A stretch of 64,000 nucleotides of DNA from positions 228,415-292,414 of the forward strand of contig JALNYO010000001.1 of assembly GCA_023229765.1 (NCBI GenBank), in the 5' to 3' direction. The first letter of the stretch is position 1; each line of letters begins with the position of its first letter. A model generated the notes under the pieces. The model worked only from the letters and a program-made list of their open reading frames with translations, was not told where the DNA came from and made no database searches. The DNA comes from Syntrophales bacterium. Its GTDB lineage: Bacteria; Desulfobacterota; Syntrophia; Syntrophales; UBA5619. Position numbers and translations under genes: made by a program. Below are positions 9,931-20,525 of the stretch, piece by piece.

Positions 9931-10861
9931 TTATCAAACCGGAAAAATAGTCGATCGTTTTTTTCAAACCCTCGTCAAGCTGGATCTGCGGTTCCCACCC
10001 CAATTTTTCTCTGGCCAGCGTTATATCCGGCCGCCGCTGGGTCGGATCGTCCTGGGGAAGGGGACGAAAAACGATTTTCGAGGAGGAATTTGTTATATCT
10101 ATAATTTTTTGGGCGAGCTGCAGAATGGTAAATTCCTGAGGATTTCCGATGTTGACCGGTCCCGTAAATCCTTCCGGGGAATTCATCATCCGGATCAGCC
10201 CGTCGATCAGGTCATCGACGTAACAGAAGGAACGGGTCTGGGAGCCTTCGCCGAAAACCGTTATCTCCTCTCCCCGCAGCGCCTGAACGATAAAGTTACT
10301 GACGACGCGTCCGTCGTTCACCGCCATGCGAGGGCCGTATGTATTGAATATTCTAACTATTTTTATATCAAGATGATTCTGGCGATGATAATCCATCATC
10401 AGGCATTCGGCGGCCCGCTTTCCCTCATCGTAGCAGCTTCTGATTCCGATCGGATTGACTCGGCCCCAGTATCCCTCCTCTTGGGGATGCATCTCCGGGT
10501 CTCCGTACACCTCCGAGGTGGAGGCCTGCAGGATTCTCGCCTTCACCCGCTTGGCAAGCCCCAGGGTGTTGATGGCCCCCATCACGCTGGTTTTGATCGT
10601 TTTGATCGGATTATACTGGTAATGGACGGGGGAGGCCGGGCAGGCGAGGTTATATATCTGATCGACTTCGAGGTAGATGGGATTGATGATGTCGTGGCGG
10701 ATCAGTTCGAAATTTTTATTGTTTAAAAAGGGGATGATATTATCCTTACTGCCGGTGAAAAAATTGTCGAGGCAAAGAACCTCCTGACCTTCGGCGAGCA
10801 GACGTTCGCAGAGATGAGATCCTATAAAGCCCGCGCCGCCGGTAATAAGTATTCTGTTCAT
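9896..10861 (-). CDS. uxs: UDP-glucuronate decarboxylase (UDP-xylose synthase), SDR family
   Basis: [23 protein letters not shown], catalytic YDEGKR; overall very UXS-like ([30 protein letters not shown]). Confidence 0.88.
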   Translation of the reverse strand: MNRILITGGAGFIGSHLCERLLAEGQEVLCLDNFFTGSKDNIIPFLNNKNFELIRHDIINPIYLEVDQIYNLACPASPVHYQYNPIKTIKTSVMGAINTLGLAKRVKARILQASTSEVYGDPEMHPQEEGYWGRVNPIGIRSCYDEGKRAAECLMMDYHRQNHLDIKIVRIFNTYGPRMAVNDGRVVSNFIVQALRGEEITVFGEGSQTRSFCYVDDLIDGLIRMMNSPEGFTGPVNIGNPQEFTILQLAQKIIDITNSSSKIVFRPLPQDDPTQRRPDITLAREKLGWEPQIQLDEGLKKTIDYFSGLIKNPHARSGRNE

Positions 10862-11030
10862 CGTTTTTGCACCTCTGGTTAGTCTTTTAATGCAAATTTT
10901 CTAAAAAACAGGTTGATGGTTCGTGCCGATATCATATAAAAGCAGCAAGCACAAGTGCCGGGGTTCGTGAAAATTCGCAGACAGTGCCTCTGGCGCCCCC
11001 GATGGCGGCCTCCCAGGAAAAAGGTAATTC

Positions 11031-11975
11031 ATGAAACAAAATATTAATAAACAAAGCAAGCAGTTTGCGGATAAAAAGGCGGTAGCGGAAAAACCTGTGA
11101 TTTACGCGGAAATGTTTGCTCCGGCGCGAAATACCGACCGCGATCATTCCGGGACTCTTTATCTGGTGGCAACCCCCATCGGCAACCTCGAGGATATTAC
11201 CTTCCGAGCGGTAAGGGTCCTGCGGGAGGTGTCCCTGATCGCGGCGGAGGATACGAGGCACACCCGGATACTTCTGGAAAGGTACAACATTTCGACCCCG
11301 CTGACGAGTCTGTACGATCAGATTGAAAGAGAAAAAAGCGGTTTGATAATAGCAAGGCTGCTGGGGGGAGAAGACGTGGCCTATGTATCGGATGCGGGCA
11401 CGCCGGGCATCTCCGATCCCGGATACATTCTGGTAAGAGAGGCCGTCTTACGGGGCATTAAAGTGTCGCCGATTCCGGGGGCTTCGGCTCTGGTTGCCTC
11501 GCTTTGCGTTTCCGGTTTGCCAATGGAAAGCTTTGTATTCATGGGTTTCTTGCCGTCAAAGGCGTCACGGCGCCGACAGTTGCTGACAAAGCTGCGCGAA
11601 GAGGAAAAAACTGTAATATTTTACGAATCGCCCAACAGGCTGAGGGAGTCCCTGAACGATATAAGGGAAATCTGGGGAGACCGAAATATGGTGGTTTCCC
11701 GGGAACTGACGAAAATCCATGAAGAGTTTGTGCGTGGTTCGGCGACAGAGGCGCTTGCCGCGTTCCAGGGAAGGGCAGTCAAAGGCGAGATCACGTTAGT
11801 TGTCGCCGGTTTTTTAAGAGAAAAGAGTGAAGTTTCGGATGAGGAAATAAAAATGCGGGGCGAAGAGTTGATTGAGAGTGGAGAAAAATCGTTGTCGAGA
11901 AGGGATGCGGCAAGCCGAATCGCTCAGGAGACAGGCGAATCCCGCCGGCGCATCTACAAGTTATTGTCAGTTTAG
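11031..11975 (+). CDS. rsmI: 16S rRNA (cytidine1402-2'-O)-methyltransferase
   Basis: GTLYLVATPIGNLEDITFRAVRVLREVSLIAAEDTRHT and YESPNRL motifs. About 40-aa N-terminal extension, so the true start could be ATG 11112. Confidence 0.88.
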   Translation: MKQNINKQSKQFADKKAVAEKPVIYAEMFAPARNTDRDHSGTLYLVATPIGNLEDITFRAVRVLREVSLIAAEDTRHTRILLERYNISTPLTSLYDQIEREKSGLIIARLLGGEDVAYVSDAGTPGISDPGYILVREAVLRGIKVSPIPGASALVASLCVSGLPMESFVFMGFLPSKASRRRQLLTKLREEEKTVIFYESPNRLRESLNDIREIWGDRNMVVSRELTKIHEEFVRGSATEALAAFQGRAVKGEITLVVAGFLREKSEVSDEEIKMRGEELIESGEKSLSRRDAASRIAQETGESRRRIYKLLSV

Positions 11976-12112
11976 CATGCCGGTTCCGGATACTATTTTC
12001 TTGAACTGGCAAGTCGGGTGTGATAACTGCTACAACGATTTGGCCTTAATAGGGTTTTTGGATTTTTTCGTGACAGGCGATAATATTGCCGCTTTGCAGA
12101 GAGGATGGCGTG

Positions 12113-12448
12113 ATGGAAGGTTTAACCGGTGTTGATGAAGGGGCAGTTATTAGCCAGGGGCGCTTGCTTAAACCAGATGATAAAATTTATGATCTTGTCG
12201 ATGCAATTGCGGCGGCGGAATCTCTTTCCGGGGGCGCCGACAGAAGAAAGGCCAATCCGGAAATAATTTACGATCTTGTGGATGTAGTCGAAAAAAGGCC
12301 GAAAATGGCGTTTGTAGATGCGGGGCTCCACGACGAGATTATGAAGCGGGCCGTTGACATCGCCGAAAGAATTGCCAGGGAGGTGATCCCTGATATTGCC
12401 GAGCGCGTTATCCGTGCGGAGATAGAGAAACTGAAAAAAGAATCCTGA
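12113..12448 (+). CDS. hypothetical acidic protein with duplicated IYDLVD motif
   Basis: ATG 12113 is 7 nt after GAGGA; 111 aa. KIYDLVDAI and IIYDLVDVV repeats, C-terminal helix IAREVIPDIAERVIRAEIEKLKK. No family recognised. Confidence 0.55.
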   Translation: MEGLTGVDEGAVISQGRLLKPDDKIYDLVDAIAAAESLSGGADRRKANPEIIYDLVDVVEKRPKMAFVDAGLHDEIMKRAVDIAERIAREVIPDIAERVIRAEIEKLKKES

Positions 12449-12459
12449 CTGGTTGGACC

Positions 12460-13005
12460 ATGAATATCCCTAATTTTATTACTCTGCTGCGAATAATTCT
12501 CGTGCCGGTTGTTGTCATCCTGTTGATCCAGGGATCATTTCTGAAGGCCTTGGCGGTATTCGTCATCGCGAGCATTTCCGATGCGGTTGATGGCTTTCTG
12601 GCGCGAGTCATGCACCAGCAGACCATTGTCGGCGCATATCTGGATCCGATCGCTGACAAGGCGCTTCTGGCCAGTACATTCGTAACCCTTTCCATTTTGC
12701 ATGTCATTCCCGCCTGGCTTGCGGTCATCGTAATAAGTCGCGATTTTATGATTCTGCTGGGGATTTCCGTATTATTCATCATGTCTGTTTCGGTGGAAAT
12801 TCGTCCTGCCCTGGTAAGCAAGATAACGACTGTCTTGCAGGTGAGCACTATTTTTCTGGCGCTTTTTATTCGCTGCCTGCCGGAAGGGATCGATCAGGGG
12901 TGGCTCATTATCTTGTATTGGGGGACGGCAATTTTTACAATAGTTTCAGGATTGCATTATATGTTTCGGGGAATCAATCTTATTAACAATGATTCAAAAA
13001 AGTGA
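12460..13005 (+). CDS. pgsA: CDP-alcohol phosphatidyltransferase (PgsA-like)
   Basis: NIPNFITLLRI start; signature DAVDGFLARV...GAYLDPIADK; about 5 TM helices. Substrate specificity not determinable from sequence alone. Confidence 0.85.
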   Translation: MNIPNFITLLRIILVPVVVILLIQGSFLKALAVFVIASISDAVDGFLARVMHQQTIVGAYLDPIADKALLASTFVTLSILHVIPAWLAVIVISRDFMILLGISVLFIMSVSVEIRPALVSKITTVLQVSTIFLALFIRCLPEGIDQGWLIILYWGTAIFTIVSGLHYMFRGINLINNDSKK

Positions 13006-13072
13006 CATTTGCCTTGACAACAGGCTCTTTTCTTGTTAGACGACGAACCCTTCCGAGAGGAACGCATGCTAC

Positions 13073-13147
13073 AGGCACGTAGCTCAGGGGGAGAGCGCCA
13101 TCCTGACGCGGTGGATGTCCAGGGTTCAAATCCCTGCGTGCCTACCA
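13073..13147 (+). tRNA. tRNA-Val (anticodon GAC), CCA encoded
   Basis: Hand-folded cloverleaf. Acceptor AGGCACG/CGTGCCT; D arm GCTC-AGGGGGA-GAGC; anticodon arm CCATC-CTGACGC-GGTGG (GAC at 13105-13107); 5-nt variable loop; T arm CAGGG-TTCAAAT-CCCTG; discriminator A plus CCA. Confidence 0.93.
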
Positions 13148-13287
13148 TATAAAACAGCCATGCCTTCGCAGGGAGAATGTTTTTTGTTATAGCGAAGCAG
13201 CAGCAGGGTAGTTTTAAGTAAGTGGGGCTGTTTTTTCGGGGCATCATTGCCAAGGCGCTGGTGCCCTTTCTTAATAGGAAAAGATAG

Positions 13288-15207
13288 ATGGCGGCAGACA
13301 TAATGGTTACGCTGCCGGATGGAAGAATTGTCTCGCATCCGGCGGGAACAGCAGTCAGGGACGTCCTGTCATTGGTGGCCGGCAAGGGTGACTCCTCTTT
13401 TGTGGCGGCAAAGGTAAACGGCGTTTCGGTCGATTTGACTTATCAGCTCCATACGGATGCCAGAGTCGAGCCGCTGGAGGCCTCGTCCCCGGAGGGGCTT
13501 GTGATTCTGCGTCACAGCATGGCGCATGTCATGGCACAGGCCGTTCAGGAGTCTTTTCCTGATGCCCAGGTTACGATTGGCCCGGCTATAGAAGATGGAT
13601 TCTATTATGATTTTGACTATGCGCCTGGGTTCGCTCCTGAGGATCTGGCACAAATCGAATCCAGAATGAGGAAGATAGCCGCCGCCAATTTACCCTTTGA
13701 ACGTCGCGATGTGAGTCGTCCGGAGGCGGTCGATATTTTTCGGGGAAAAGGCGAGAAGTATAAGGTGGAGATTATAGAAGATCTCCCGGAAGAGATAAAA
13801 ACCGTAAGCATTTATTCCCAGGGTGGATATACGGATTTGTGCAGGGGGCCGCATATCCCTTCGACCGGGATGATCAAGGCCTTCAAGCTGCTCAACATTG
13901 CCGGCGCCTACTGGCGGGGCGACGAACATAACAAGATGCTGCAGCGCATCTACGGGACGGGATTTGCTTCTCAGCAGAATCTCGAAGAGCACTTGCAGTT
14001 GATAGAAGAGGCAAAAAAAAGGGATCACCGCCGCTTGGGCCGTGAGCTTGACCTGTTTCAGATAAACGACGAGGCTGGCCCCGGACTGGTAATTTTTCAC
14101 CCGAAGGGGGCGATGCTCCGCACGATCATCGAGGATTGGGAGAAAAAGGAGCACCTGAAACGCGGCTATGGCCTTGTCATGGGACCCCAGATTCTCAAGG
14201 CCGATCTCTGGAAGCGTTCCGGTCATTTTGACCATTACCGGGAAAATATGTACTTCACCGAGGTGGACGAGCAGACCTACGGCATCAAGCCGATGAACTG
14301 TCTCTCCCACATGCTGATCTACAAAGCGAAGATCCGTTCCTACCGTGATTTGCCTTTGCGCTATTTTGAGCTGGGGACGGTGCATCGGCACGAAAAGGCC
14401 GGGGTATTGCATGGGCTTATGCGGGTTCGCCAGTTTACCCAGGATGATGCCCATATCCTCTGCGCGCCGGAGCAACTCAATGATGAGATCAAGTCTATTG
14501 CCGAGTTCGTGCATTACGCGATGGGAATTTTCGGCTTTGAATATGAGGTGGAGCTAAGCACGCGCCCGGATAATTCGATTGGCTCGGACGGGGACTGGGA
14601 GCTTGCCACGGGGGCATTGGAAAACGCCCTCAAGGACAGCGGAATTCCCTATGAGGTGAACGAGGGAGATGGCGCCTTCTATGGCCCCAAGATCGATTTC
14701 AAGATCAAGGACGCCCTGAAGAGAAAGTGGCAGTGTGCGACAATTCAGTGTGATTTTACGCTGCCGGAGCGTTTTGATTTAAGTTATATAGGAGAGGACG
14801 GGGAAAAGCACCGTCCCGTCATGCTGCACAGGGTTATTCTGGGTGCAATCGAAAGGTTCATGGGGGTTTTAATCGAACACTACGCCGGCGCCTTTCCGCT
14901 TTGGCTGTCCCCTGTCCAGGCAGTGATCGCGACTGTAACGGATAAACATATTCCCTGGGGTGAAGAGGTAAAAAGAATTCTTGTTGATGCAGGCATTCGG
15001 GTGGAAGGTGATTTTCGCAATGAGAAGCTGGGCTACAAGATCCGGGAAGCCCAGATGCAGAAAACGCCTTTCATGCTGGTGATTGGTGACCGGGAGATGG
15101 CAGCCGGCAAGGTTGCCCCGCGGCAAAGGGACGGGAAGAGCCTCGAGGCAATGACGCCTGAGGCGTTTATTGCCCATGTTGAGGAGCAATGTTCGCAGTT
15201 TAAATAG
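13288..15207 (+). CDS. thrS: threonine--tRNA ligase
   Basis: TGS N-terminus (VTLPDGRIV), editing domain [11 protein letters not shown], class II core ([15 protein letters not shown]), anticodon-binding C-terminus. Confidence 0.97.
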   Translation: MAADIMVTLPDGRIVSHPAGTAVRDVLSLVAGKGDSSFVAAKVNGVSVDLTYQLHTDARVEPLEASSPEGLVILRHSMAHVMAQAVQESFPDAQVTIGPAIEDGFYYDFDYAPGFAPEDLAQIESRMRKIAAANLPFERRDVSRPEAVDIFRGKGEKYKVEIIEDLPEEIKTVSIYSQGGYTDLCRGPHIPSTGMIKAFKLLNIAGAYWRGDEHNKMLQRIYGTGFASQQNLEEHLQLIEEAKKRDHRRLGRELDLFQINDEAGPGLVIFHPKGAMLRTIIEDWEKKEHLKRGYGLVMGPQILKADLWKRSGHFDHYRENMYFTEVDEQTYGIKPMNCLSHMLIYKAKIRSYRDLPLRYFELGTVHRHEKAGVLHGLMRVRQFTQDDAHILCAPEQLNDEIKSIAEFVHYAMGIFGFEYEVELSTRPDNSIGSDGDWELATGALENALKDSGIPYEVNEGDGAFYGPKIDFKIKDALKRKWQCATIQCDFTLPERFDLSYIGEDGEKHRPVMLHRVILGAIERFMGVLIEHYAGAFPLWLSPVQAVIATVTDKHIPWGEEVKRILVDAGIRVEGDFRNEKLGYKIREAQMQKTPFMLVIGDREMAAGKVAPRQRDGKSLEAMTPEAFIAHVEEQCSQFK

Positions 15208-15250
15208 AAAGCGGAGCTTAATTTTCCGAATAAGCTTCCGGAGGTGAACC

Positions 15251-15760
15251 ATAGCAAAAGATTTAAGCATAAACAGGGAGATCAAGGCCGCTTCGGTCAG
15301 GGTTATTGATGATGAGGGAAAGCAGCTCGGAGTGCTCTTGCTGAACGAGGCGCTGGCAGAGGCTTCAAAATCGGGACTGGATCTGGTGGAAGTTTCTCCC
15401 ACGGCCGATCCGCCGGTATGCCGGATTATGGATTATGGGAAGTTCCGGTATCAGCAGAGCAAAAAGGTGCAGGTCGCCAAAAAAAGCCAGACGGTGATCC
15501 AGGTAAAAGAGATTCGCCTGCGGCCTAAAACCGAAGAGCATGACCGCGATGTAAAAATAAAGCATATAAAGCGATTTCTGGAAGAGCACGACAAGGTGAA
15601 GGTAACGGTGATGTTCCGGGGGCGCGAGATAGCCTATACCGACATTGGCCGGGGATTGATGGAGTCAATAAAGGAAGCGCTTGTCGATGACTGCGTTATC
15701 GATCAGCAGCCAAAATTAGAGGGGAGAAACATGGTGATGATTCTTTCTCCCAAGAAATAA
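15251..15760 (+). CDS. infC: translation initiation factor IF-3, non-canonical AUA start
   Basis: In-frame TGA at 15245-15247 bounds the frame. The conserved IF3 N-terminus IAKDLSINREIKAASVRVIDDEGKQLGV lies upstream of the first canonical start (GTG 15332 in the track). ATA at 15251 lies 5 nt after GGAGGTG (15239-15245). 169 aa. Confidence 0.85.
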   Translation: MAKDLSINREIKAASVRVIDDEGKQLGVLLLNEALAEASKSGLDLVEVSPTADPPVCRIMDYGKFRYQQSKKVQVAKKSQTVIQVKEIRLRPKTEEHDRDVKIKHIKRFLEEHDKVKVTVMFRGREIAYTDIGRGLMESIKEALVDDCVIDQQPKLEGRNMVMILSPKK

Positions 15761-15838
15761 AGTGATCATCTAAATAAAAACAAAAGCGATGGGCCGTAAA
15801 ATTTGGCCCGTTGCCCAATAAAAAAGCGGGGTGAGGGA

Positions 15839-16036
15839 ATGCCAAAAATCAAGACACATCGTGGCGCGGCAAAGAGGTTTTCTGTGACGGGAACCGGTAA
15901 AATTAGAAGAAACAAGGCCTTTGCCAGCCATATCATGACGACAAAGACAACCAAGAGGAAGAGAAATTTACGGCAATCAGCGATTCTTGACCATGCAAAT
16001 GCAAAGGCAATCAAGAAGCTGATTCTCTACAAGTAG
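15839..16036 (+). CDS. rpmI: 50S ribosomal protein L35
   Basis: [14 protein letters not shown] canonical N-terminus at ATG 15839 (track start 15803 is too long). Confidence 0.95.
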   Translation: MPKIKTHRGAAKRFSVTGTGKIRRNKAFASHIMTTKTTKRKRNLRQSAILDHANAKAIKKLILYK

Positions 16037-16113
16037 GATGTAAATTTAATGGTCAAAGGCGCAGGGGTTTGATTTGCCGTCTGCCTCTGACTGGGGAGAT
16101 AAGGAGAGATGCG

Positions 16114-16473
16114 ATGTCCAGGGTAAAGAGAAGTTTAACGGCCAAGAAAAAGAGAAGAAGCATTCTGAAAGCGGCGAAGGGTTTTTTACTTTCCCGTGGT
16201 AAGTTGTTGAGGACGGCCACGGAGGCGGTAAACAAAGCCATGGCTTATGCCTACCGCGACCGCAGGGTTAGAAAGAGGGAATTTAGAAGCCTTTGGATTG
16301 CAAGGATCAATGCGGCCGCCAGGATGAACAAGATATCGTACAGCCGCCTTATTGATGGTATGCACAAGGCGAGTATCGAGATTGACCGCAAGATGCTTTC
16401 CGATCTGGCGATTCATGACCCGCGCGGGTTTGAGCAGATAGTCGTCATTGCCAAAGGTGAGCTTCAGGCATGA
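16114..16473 (+). CDS. rplT: 50S ribosomal protein L20
   Basis: [24 protein letters not shown]... canonical L20; ATG 16114 after AAGGAGAG. Confidence 0.95.
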   Translation: MSRVKRSLTAKKKRRSILKAAKGFLLSRGKLLRTATEAVNKAMAYAYRDRRVRKREFRSLWIARINAAARMNKISYSRLIDGMHKASIEIDRKMLSDLAIHDPRGFEQIVVIAKGELQA

Positions 16474-17486
16474 CGGGAGAGCTGGGAACTCTCCGCGAAC
16501 AGGCGGAAGCAGAGCTGCTGAAGGCGGAAACTGAATCCGAATTTCAGGAGATTCGAACCCGTTATCTTGGGCGGAAGGGCTTGCTTACCGGGTTGCTGCG
16601 CAATATCGCCAATGTGCTGCCGCAAGACAGAGCCTTGTTCGGCAAGGAGTGTAACGAAGTCAAGGATTTGATTTCTGCGAGGATCGACCAGAGGCTTGCA
16701 GATATAATTGTTGCCGGCAAAGAAAAGGCCCTGCGCTCCGAACGGATTGATGTGACCCTGCCGGGCCGGGGAATGCGGTATGGCAGTCTCCATCCGGTCA
16801 CGCAGGTTCGGGAAGAGATATGCGGGATTTTTGCCGGACTGGGTTTTTCCATTGTGGAAGGACCAGAGGTCGAGCTCGATTATTACAATTTTGAGGCGCT
16901 TAACATCCCCAAGGACCATCCGGCCCGTGATATGCAGGACACTTTTTATGTTGACGATAACATCGTTTTGCGAACCCATACCTCGCCGGTTCAGGTTCGC
17001 ACAATGGAAAAATGCAGCCCGCCGGTCCGAATTATTTCTCCGGGCCGGGTGTATCGGCGCGATTCCGATGTTTCCCATACCCCGATGTTCCACCAGATAG
17101 AAGGGTTGCTTGTCGATGAAGGCATTACCTTTGGCGATCTGAAGGGCGTCTTGACGGTTTTTCTGAAGCAGGTGTTTGGCGAGGAAACAGCCCTGAGGTT
17201 TCGCCCCAGTTTCTTTCCCTTTACCGAGCCCAGCGCCGAGGTTGACATCCGGTGTGTCATCTGCGGGGGAAGCGGTTGCCGGGTCTGCAAACAGAGCGGC
17301 TGGCTGGAGATTCTGGGATCAGGCATGGTTGACCCGGCAGTGTTTAAAAATGTCGGATACGATTCTGAGAAATTCACCGGCTTTGCCTTTGGCCTCGGGC
17401 TCGAACGGATTGCGATGCTGAAATTCGGCATCTCTGATATCCGTCTTTTTTTCGAAAATGACTGGAGATTTCTAACCCAGTTTTGA
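16470..17486 (+). CDS. pheS: phenylalanine--tRNA ligase alpha subunit
   Basis: Class II motifs [12 protein letters not shown] and [11 protein letters not shown]; ATGA overlap with rplT. Confidence 0.96.
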   Translation: MTGELGTLREQAEAELLKAETESEFQEIRTRYLGRKGLLTGLLRNIANVLPQDRALFGKECNEVKDLISARIDQRLADIIVAGKEKALRSERIDVTLPGRGMRYGSLHPVTQVREEICGIFAGLGFSIVEGPEVELDYYNFEALNIPKDHPARDMQDTFYVDDNIVLRTHTSPVQVRTMEKCSPPVRIISPGRVYRRDSDVSHTPMFHQIEGLLVDEGITFGDLKGVLTVFLKQVFGEETALRFRPSFFPFTEPSAEVDIRCVICGGSGCRVCKQSGWLEILGSGMVDPAVFKNVGYDSEKFTGFAFGLGLERIAMLKFGISDIRLFFENDWRFLTQF

Positions 17487-17639
17487 GCTTTATGTTTCAG
17501 GCGTTAAGCTTAAGGTACGACAACGGGGACACTGGACTTTTTTATTTTCATCATTGATTCTGTCGGCGCCGGGTATTGACGTTCAATGGTTTCCGCTGGA
17601 TAAGTAAGATACGGGATTCGGCAGTCAGGGGTTTTTTAT

Positions 17640-20051
17640 ATGTTAGTCAGTCTCAAATGGCTTCGCGATTATCTGGATGTGGATCTTTCCCCGCAAGAGC
17701 TGGCGGATAAGCTTACCATGTCCGGTCTGGAAGTGGACTCTCTTAATATCAAAGAGCCCGCTTTCAGCGGGGTGAAGGTGGCAAGAATCGTGCGCATGTC
17801 GCCCCATCCGAATGCCGATAAATTGTCTCTGTGCGAGGTCTCTACCGGGCCTGTAAACTACCCGGTTGTCTGCGGGGCGAAGAACATAAAGGTTGGCGAT
17901 ACAGTTCCGCTGGCAACTGTCGGGGCGATTCTGCCCGGGGGACAGGTGATCAGCAGTACCAAAATCCGCGGCGAGGTTTCCGAGGGGATGCTCTGTTCCG
18001 AAGAAGAATTGCAAATCGGTTCGGATGCGTCGGGAATCATGCTGCTTCCGTCAGAACTTGCCTGTGGCGGCGATTTGGCGGAGGCCCTGGACCTTAGTGA
18101 CGCAGTGCTTGATATCGGCGTTACCCCCAATAGATCAGACTGCCTTTCAATTATCGGAGTCGCCCGCGAAGTAGCCGCAATCACAGGGAAAAATGTTCAT
18201 TATCCGGATTGCAGTGTTGTTGAAAATAATGACGATATTGCGAACATAACCTCCGTAACGATTGAGGATGGCGATCTTTGTCCCCGTTATACGGCGCGTG
18301 TCATCAAGGATGTCTGCATAGGCCCCTCGCCGTTCTGGCTGAAAAAAAGATTAGAGGCGGTGGGACTGCGTTCCATCAATAATATTGTAGATATAACCAA
18401 TTTTGTGATGATGGAAACCGGACAGCCCCTCCACGCCTTTGATTTTGCGCTTCTTGCTGGCGGGAAAATAGTCGTAAGACGTTCCAGAGCTGGGGAAAAT
18501 TTTGTTTCCCTCGACGGCAAGGAGCGACTTCTGCCGGCGGAGGCCCTGCTTATCTGTGACGCAGAAAAACCGGTTGCCATCGCCGGGGTGATGGGTGGAA
18601 TCAATTCAGAGGTTAAGGATGACACAAAGACCATCCTGCTGGAAAGCGCCTATTTCAACCCCTCCTCCATCCGGCGCACTGCCCGCTCAATGGCAATGGG
18701 CACCGATGCTGCCTTTCGCTTTGAACGCGGAATCGATCCGGAGGGCTCTGTCCGGGCTCTTGACAGGGCTGCGGGGCTGATGGCCGAATTGGCGGGGGGA
18801 AATATCTGTTGGGGGATCATCGATCAGCATCCTGTAAATGTCGCTGTTGCCCGGGATATCGTTCTTGGTTTGAAAAAAGTGAATAAGATCATAGGTACGG
18901 CTGTATCTATCGATGAAGTTAAAGCAATCCTTGAGGGTTTGGAGATGACTGTCAGGGAAGCTGAAGAAGATTTTTTCCTTGTTACCCCTCCATCCTGTCG
19001 CGTGGATATTGCGCGGGAAATAGATTTGATAGAGGAAATCGCCCGCCTTTTTGGCTATGACCGAATTCCCGCTACCTTACCGCTTGTTTCGGTAATTGCT
19101 GAGGAGCCGGGTAACAAGAAAAGAAGGGCGGAGGCGGCAATCCGCCAGATTATGAACGGGGCCGGCTATACGGAGGTGATAAACTACAGTTTCATCCATC
19201 CCTCCTCAGTGGACGATCTCTTGCTGGCCCCGACCGATGAGCGGAGGCGCCAGGTGCGCATTAAAAATCCGCTTACCGAAGAGCAGTCCGCCATGCGTAC
19301 CACGATGCTTTACAGCCTGCTTAAAAATGTATCGAAAAACAGTGATTTGGGCCGCTCCGACCTGAATATTTTTGAAATCGGCAGGACATACATAGGCTCT
19401 CAGGAAGGGAAACAGCCCCAGGAGTTTAACAAGGCGGCTTTTTTAGTGACCGGACAAAGATACGAGCAGCGATGGCATTTCCCGGATTTGAAGGCGGATT
19501 TTTATGATTTAAAGGGGTGCGTGGAGAACATATTGGAGGTATTGAAAGTTGCGAGCCCTTCTTATCGCGCCGCTTGCGGAGAGCCGTTTCTTCATCCCGG
19601 CAAATCCTGCGAGGTCTTCAGCGAGGAGGCGAGAATCGGATATTTGGGGGAGATTCATCCGGATGTGCTTTCCCGTTTCGGTGTTGCCGGTCCGATCGTG
19701 GCTTGTGAGTTTGATCTGGACATGATGATTGCGCAAGCTGCCGCAAAAATGGTCTTTGCCGACATACCCAGGTTCCCGGCAAGTTCGCGCGATGTAGCCT
19801 TTCTTACGCGCCGCGAAATAGAGTCCGGCGAGCTGCTTGCTGCCGCGCAAAAAACAAACGAAGAATTGCTTGAAAAAGTTGAGATATTTGATGTATATGA
19901 GGGCAAAAATGTTGCAGAGGGAACCAAGAGTCTGGGATTGAGGTTTTTGTATAGAAGCGCGGATAGAACATTGACGGATGACGAAGTAAATGCTGTTCAT
20001 TCAAGGGTTGTGGAAAGAGTAATTAATGCGTCAGGGGCGTTGATAAGATAG
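17640..20051 (+). CDS. pheT: phenylalanine--tRNA ligase beta subunit
   Basis: N-terminal tRNA-binding OB (KVARIVRMSPHPNADKLSLCEV), B3/4 and B5 regions, FDX-ACB C-terminus; 803 aa. Confidence 0.96.
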   Translation: MLVSLKWLRDYLDVDLSPQELADKLTMSGLEVDSLNIKEPAFSGVKVARIVRMSPHPNADKLSLCEVSTGPVNYPVVCGAKNIKVGDTVPLATVGAILPGGQVISSTKIRGEVSEGMLCSEEELQIGSDASGIMLLPSELACGGDLAEALDLSDAVLDIGVTPNRSDCLSIIGVAREVAAITGKNVHYPDCSVVENNDDIANITSVTIEDGDLCPRYTARVIKDVCIGPSPFWLKKRLEAVGLRSINNIVDITNFVMMETGQPLHAFDFALLAGGKIVVRRSRAGENFVSLDGKERLLPAEALLICDAEKPVAIAGVMGGINSEVKDDTKTILLESAYFNPSSIRRTARSMAMGTDAAFRFERGIDPEGSVRALDRAAGLMAELAGGNICWGIIDQHPVNVAVARDIVLGLKKVNKIIGTAVSIDEVKAILEGLEMTVREAEEDFFLVTPPSCRVDIAREIDLIEEIARLFGYDRIPATLPLVSVIAEEPGNKKRRAEAAIRQIMNGAGYTEVINYSFIHPSSVDDLLLAPTDERRRQVRIKNPLTEEQSAMRTTMLYSLLKNVSKNSDLGRSDLNIFEIGRTYIGSQEGKQPQEFNKAAFLVTGQRYEQRWHFPDLKADFYDLKGCVENILEVLKVASPSYRAACGEPFLHPGKSCEVFSEEARIGYLGEIHPDVLSRFGVAGPIVACEFDLDMMIAQAAAKMVFADIPRFPASSRDVAFLTRREIESGELLAAAQKTNEELLEKVEIFDVYEGKNVAEGTKSLGLRFLYRSADRTLTDDEVNAVHSRVVERVINASGALIR

Positions 20052-20079
20052 TTAAGGAGCAATCATTCAGGAGGGGAAA

Positions 20080-20355
20080 ATGACAAAGATCGATATTATT
20101 CAAAACGTGTATGAAAAACTGGGGTTTTCCAAAAAGGATTCAGCAAAGATAGTCGAGTCTGTTTTTGAAATAATCAAAGACAAGCTGGCGGAGGGGGATA
20201 AAATAAAAATTTCCGGATTTGGAAATTTTGCAGTTAAGGACAAAAAATCCCGCCGGGGCAGAAATCCCCAGACTGGCGAGGAGATTGCCATTTCGGCGCG
20301 GAAGGTGTTGACATTCAAGTCCAGCCAGGTTCTGCGCAAGGCCCTTAACGACTAA
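20080..20355 (+). CDS. ihfA: integration host factor alpha subunit (HU/IHF family)
   Basis: GFGNFAVKDKKSRRGRNPQTGEEIAISARKVLTFKSSQVL; position directly after pheT as in the classic thrS-...-pheT-himA arrangement. Confidence 0.88.
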   Translation: MTKIDIIQNVYEKLGFSKKDSAKIVESVFEIIKDKLAEGDKIKISGFGNFAVKDKKSRRGRNPQTGEEIAISARKVLTFKSSQVLRKALND

Positions 20356-20525
20356 CACCGGATGCGGTGTTGGGGCGCCTTGAATAATTAATTTATCTTC
20401 ATGCCCGGATCGGGCTCGACGAATGATGGAAAAACTCCACCCCCTCGCGTTTGATGGAAGAGAAATGGTTTGGGGTGTTTTTCATAAAATGTTGATAATC
20501 TGGCTCGTCGCATTGGAAGTGGCTG

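Noticed and set aside
13690-14514. 274-aa minus-strand ORF inside thrS. Similar long antisense ORFs occur at 9776-10726 (+, in uxs), 9069-9686 (+, in ugd), 34720-35499 (-, in the activator), 39288-40001 (-), 40559-41356 (- in fliI), 53218-54024 (-), 55738-56556 (- in flhA) and 57196-57873 (-).
   Set aside because: Each lies entirely opposite a gene with unmistakable conserved motifs. Their products are low-complexity or R/P/G-rich with no recognisable motifs or RBS. These are typical shadow ORFs of roughly 50% or higher GC coding DNA.
17487-17639. Unusually long (153-nt) pheS-pheT spacer; examined for an attenuator, an sRNA or a small ORF.
   Set aside because: I found only a TTAAGCTTAA palindrome and weak T-runs. 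There is no convincing stem-loop/terminator or conserved-looking structure, so no claim is made.
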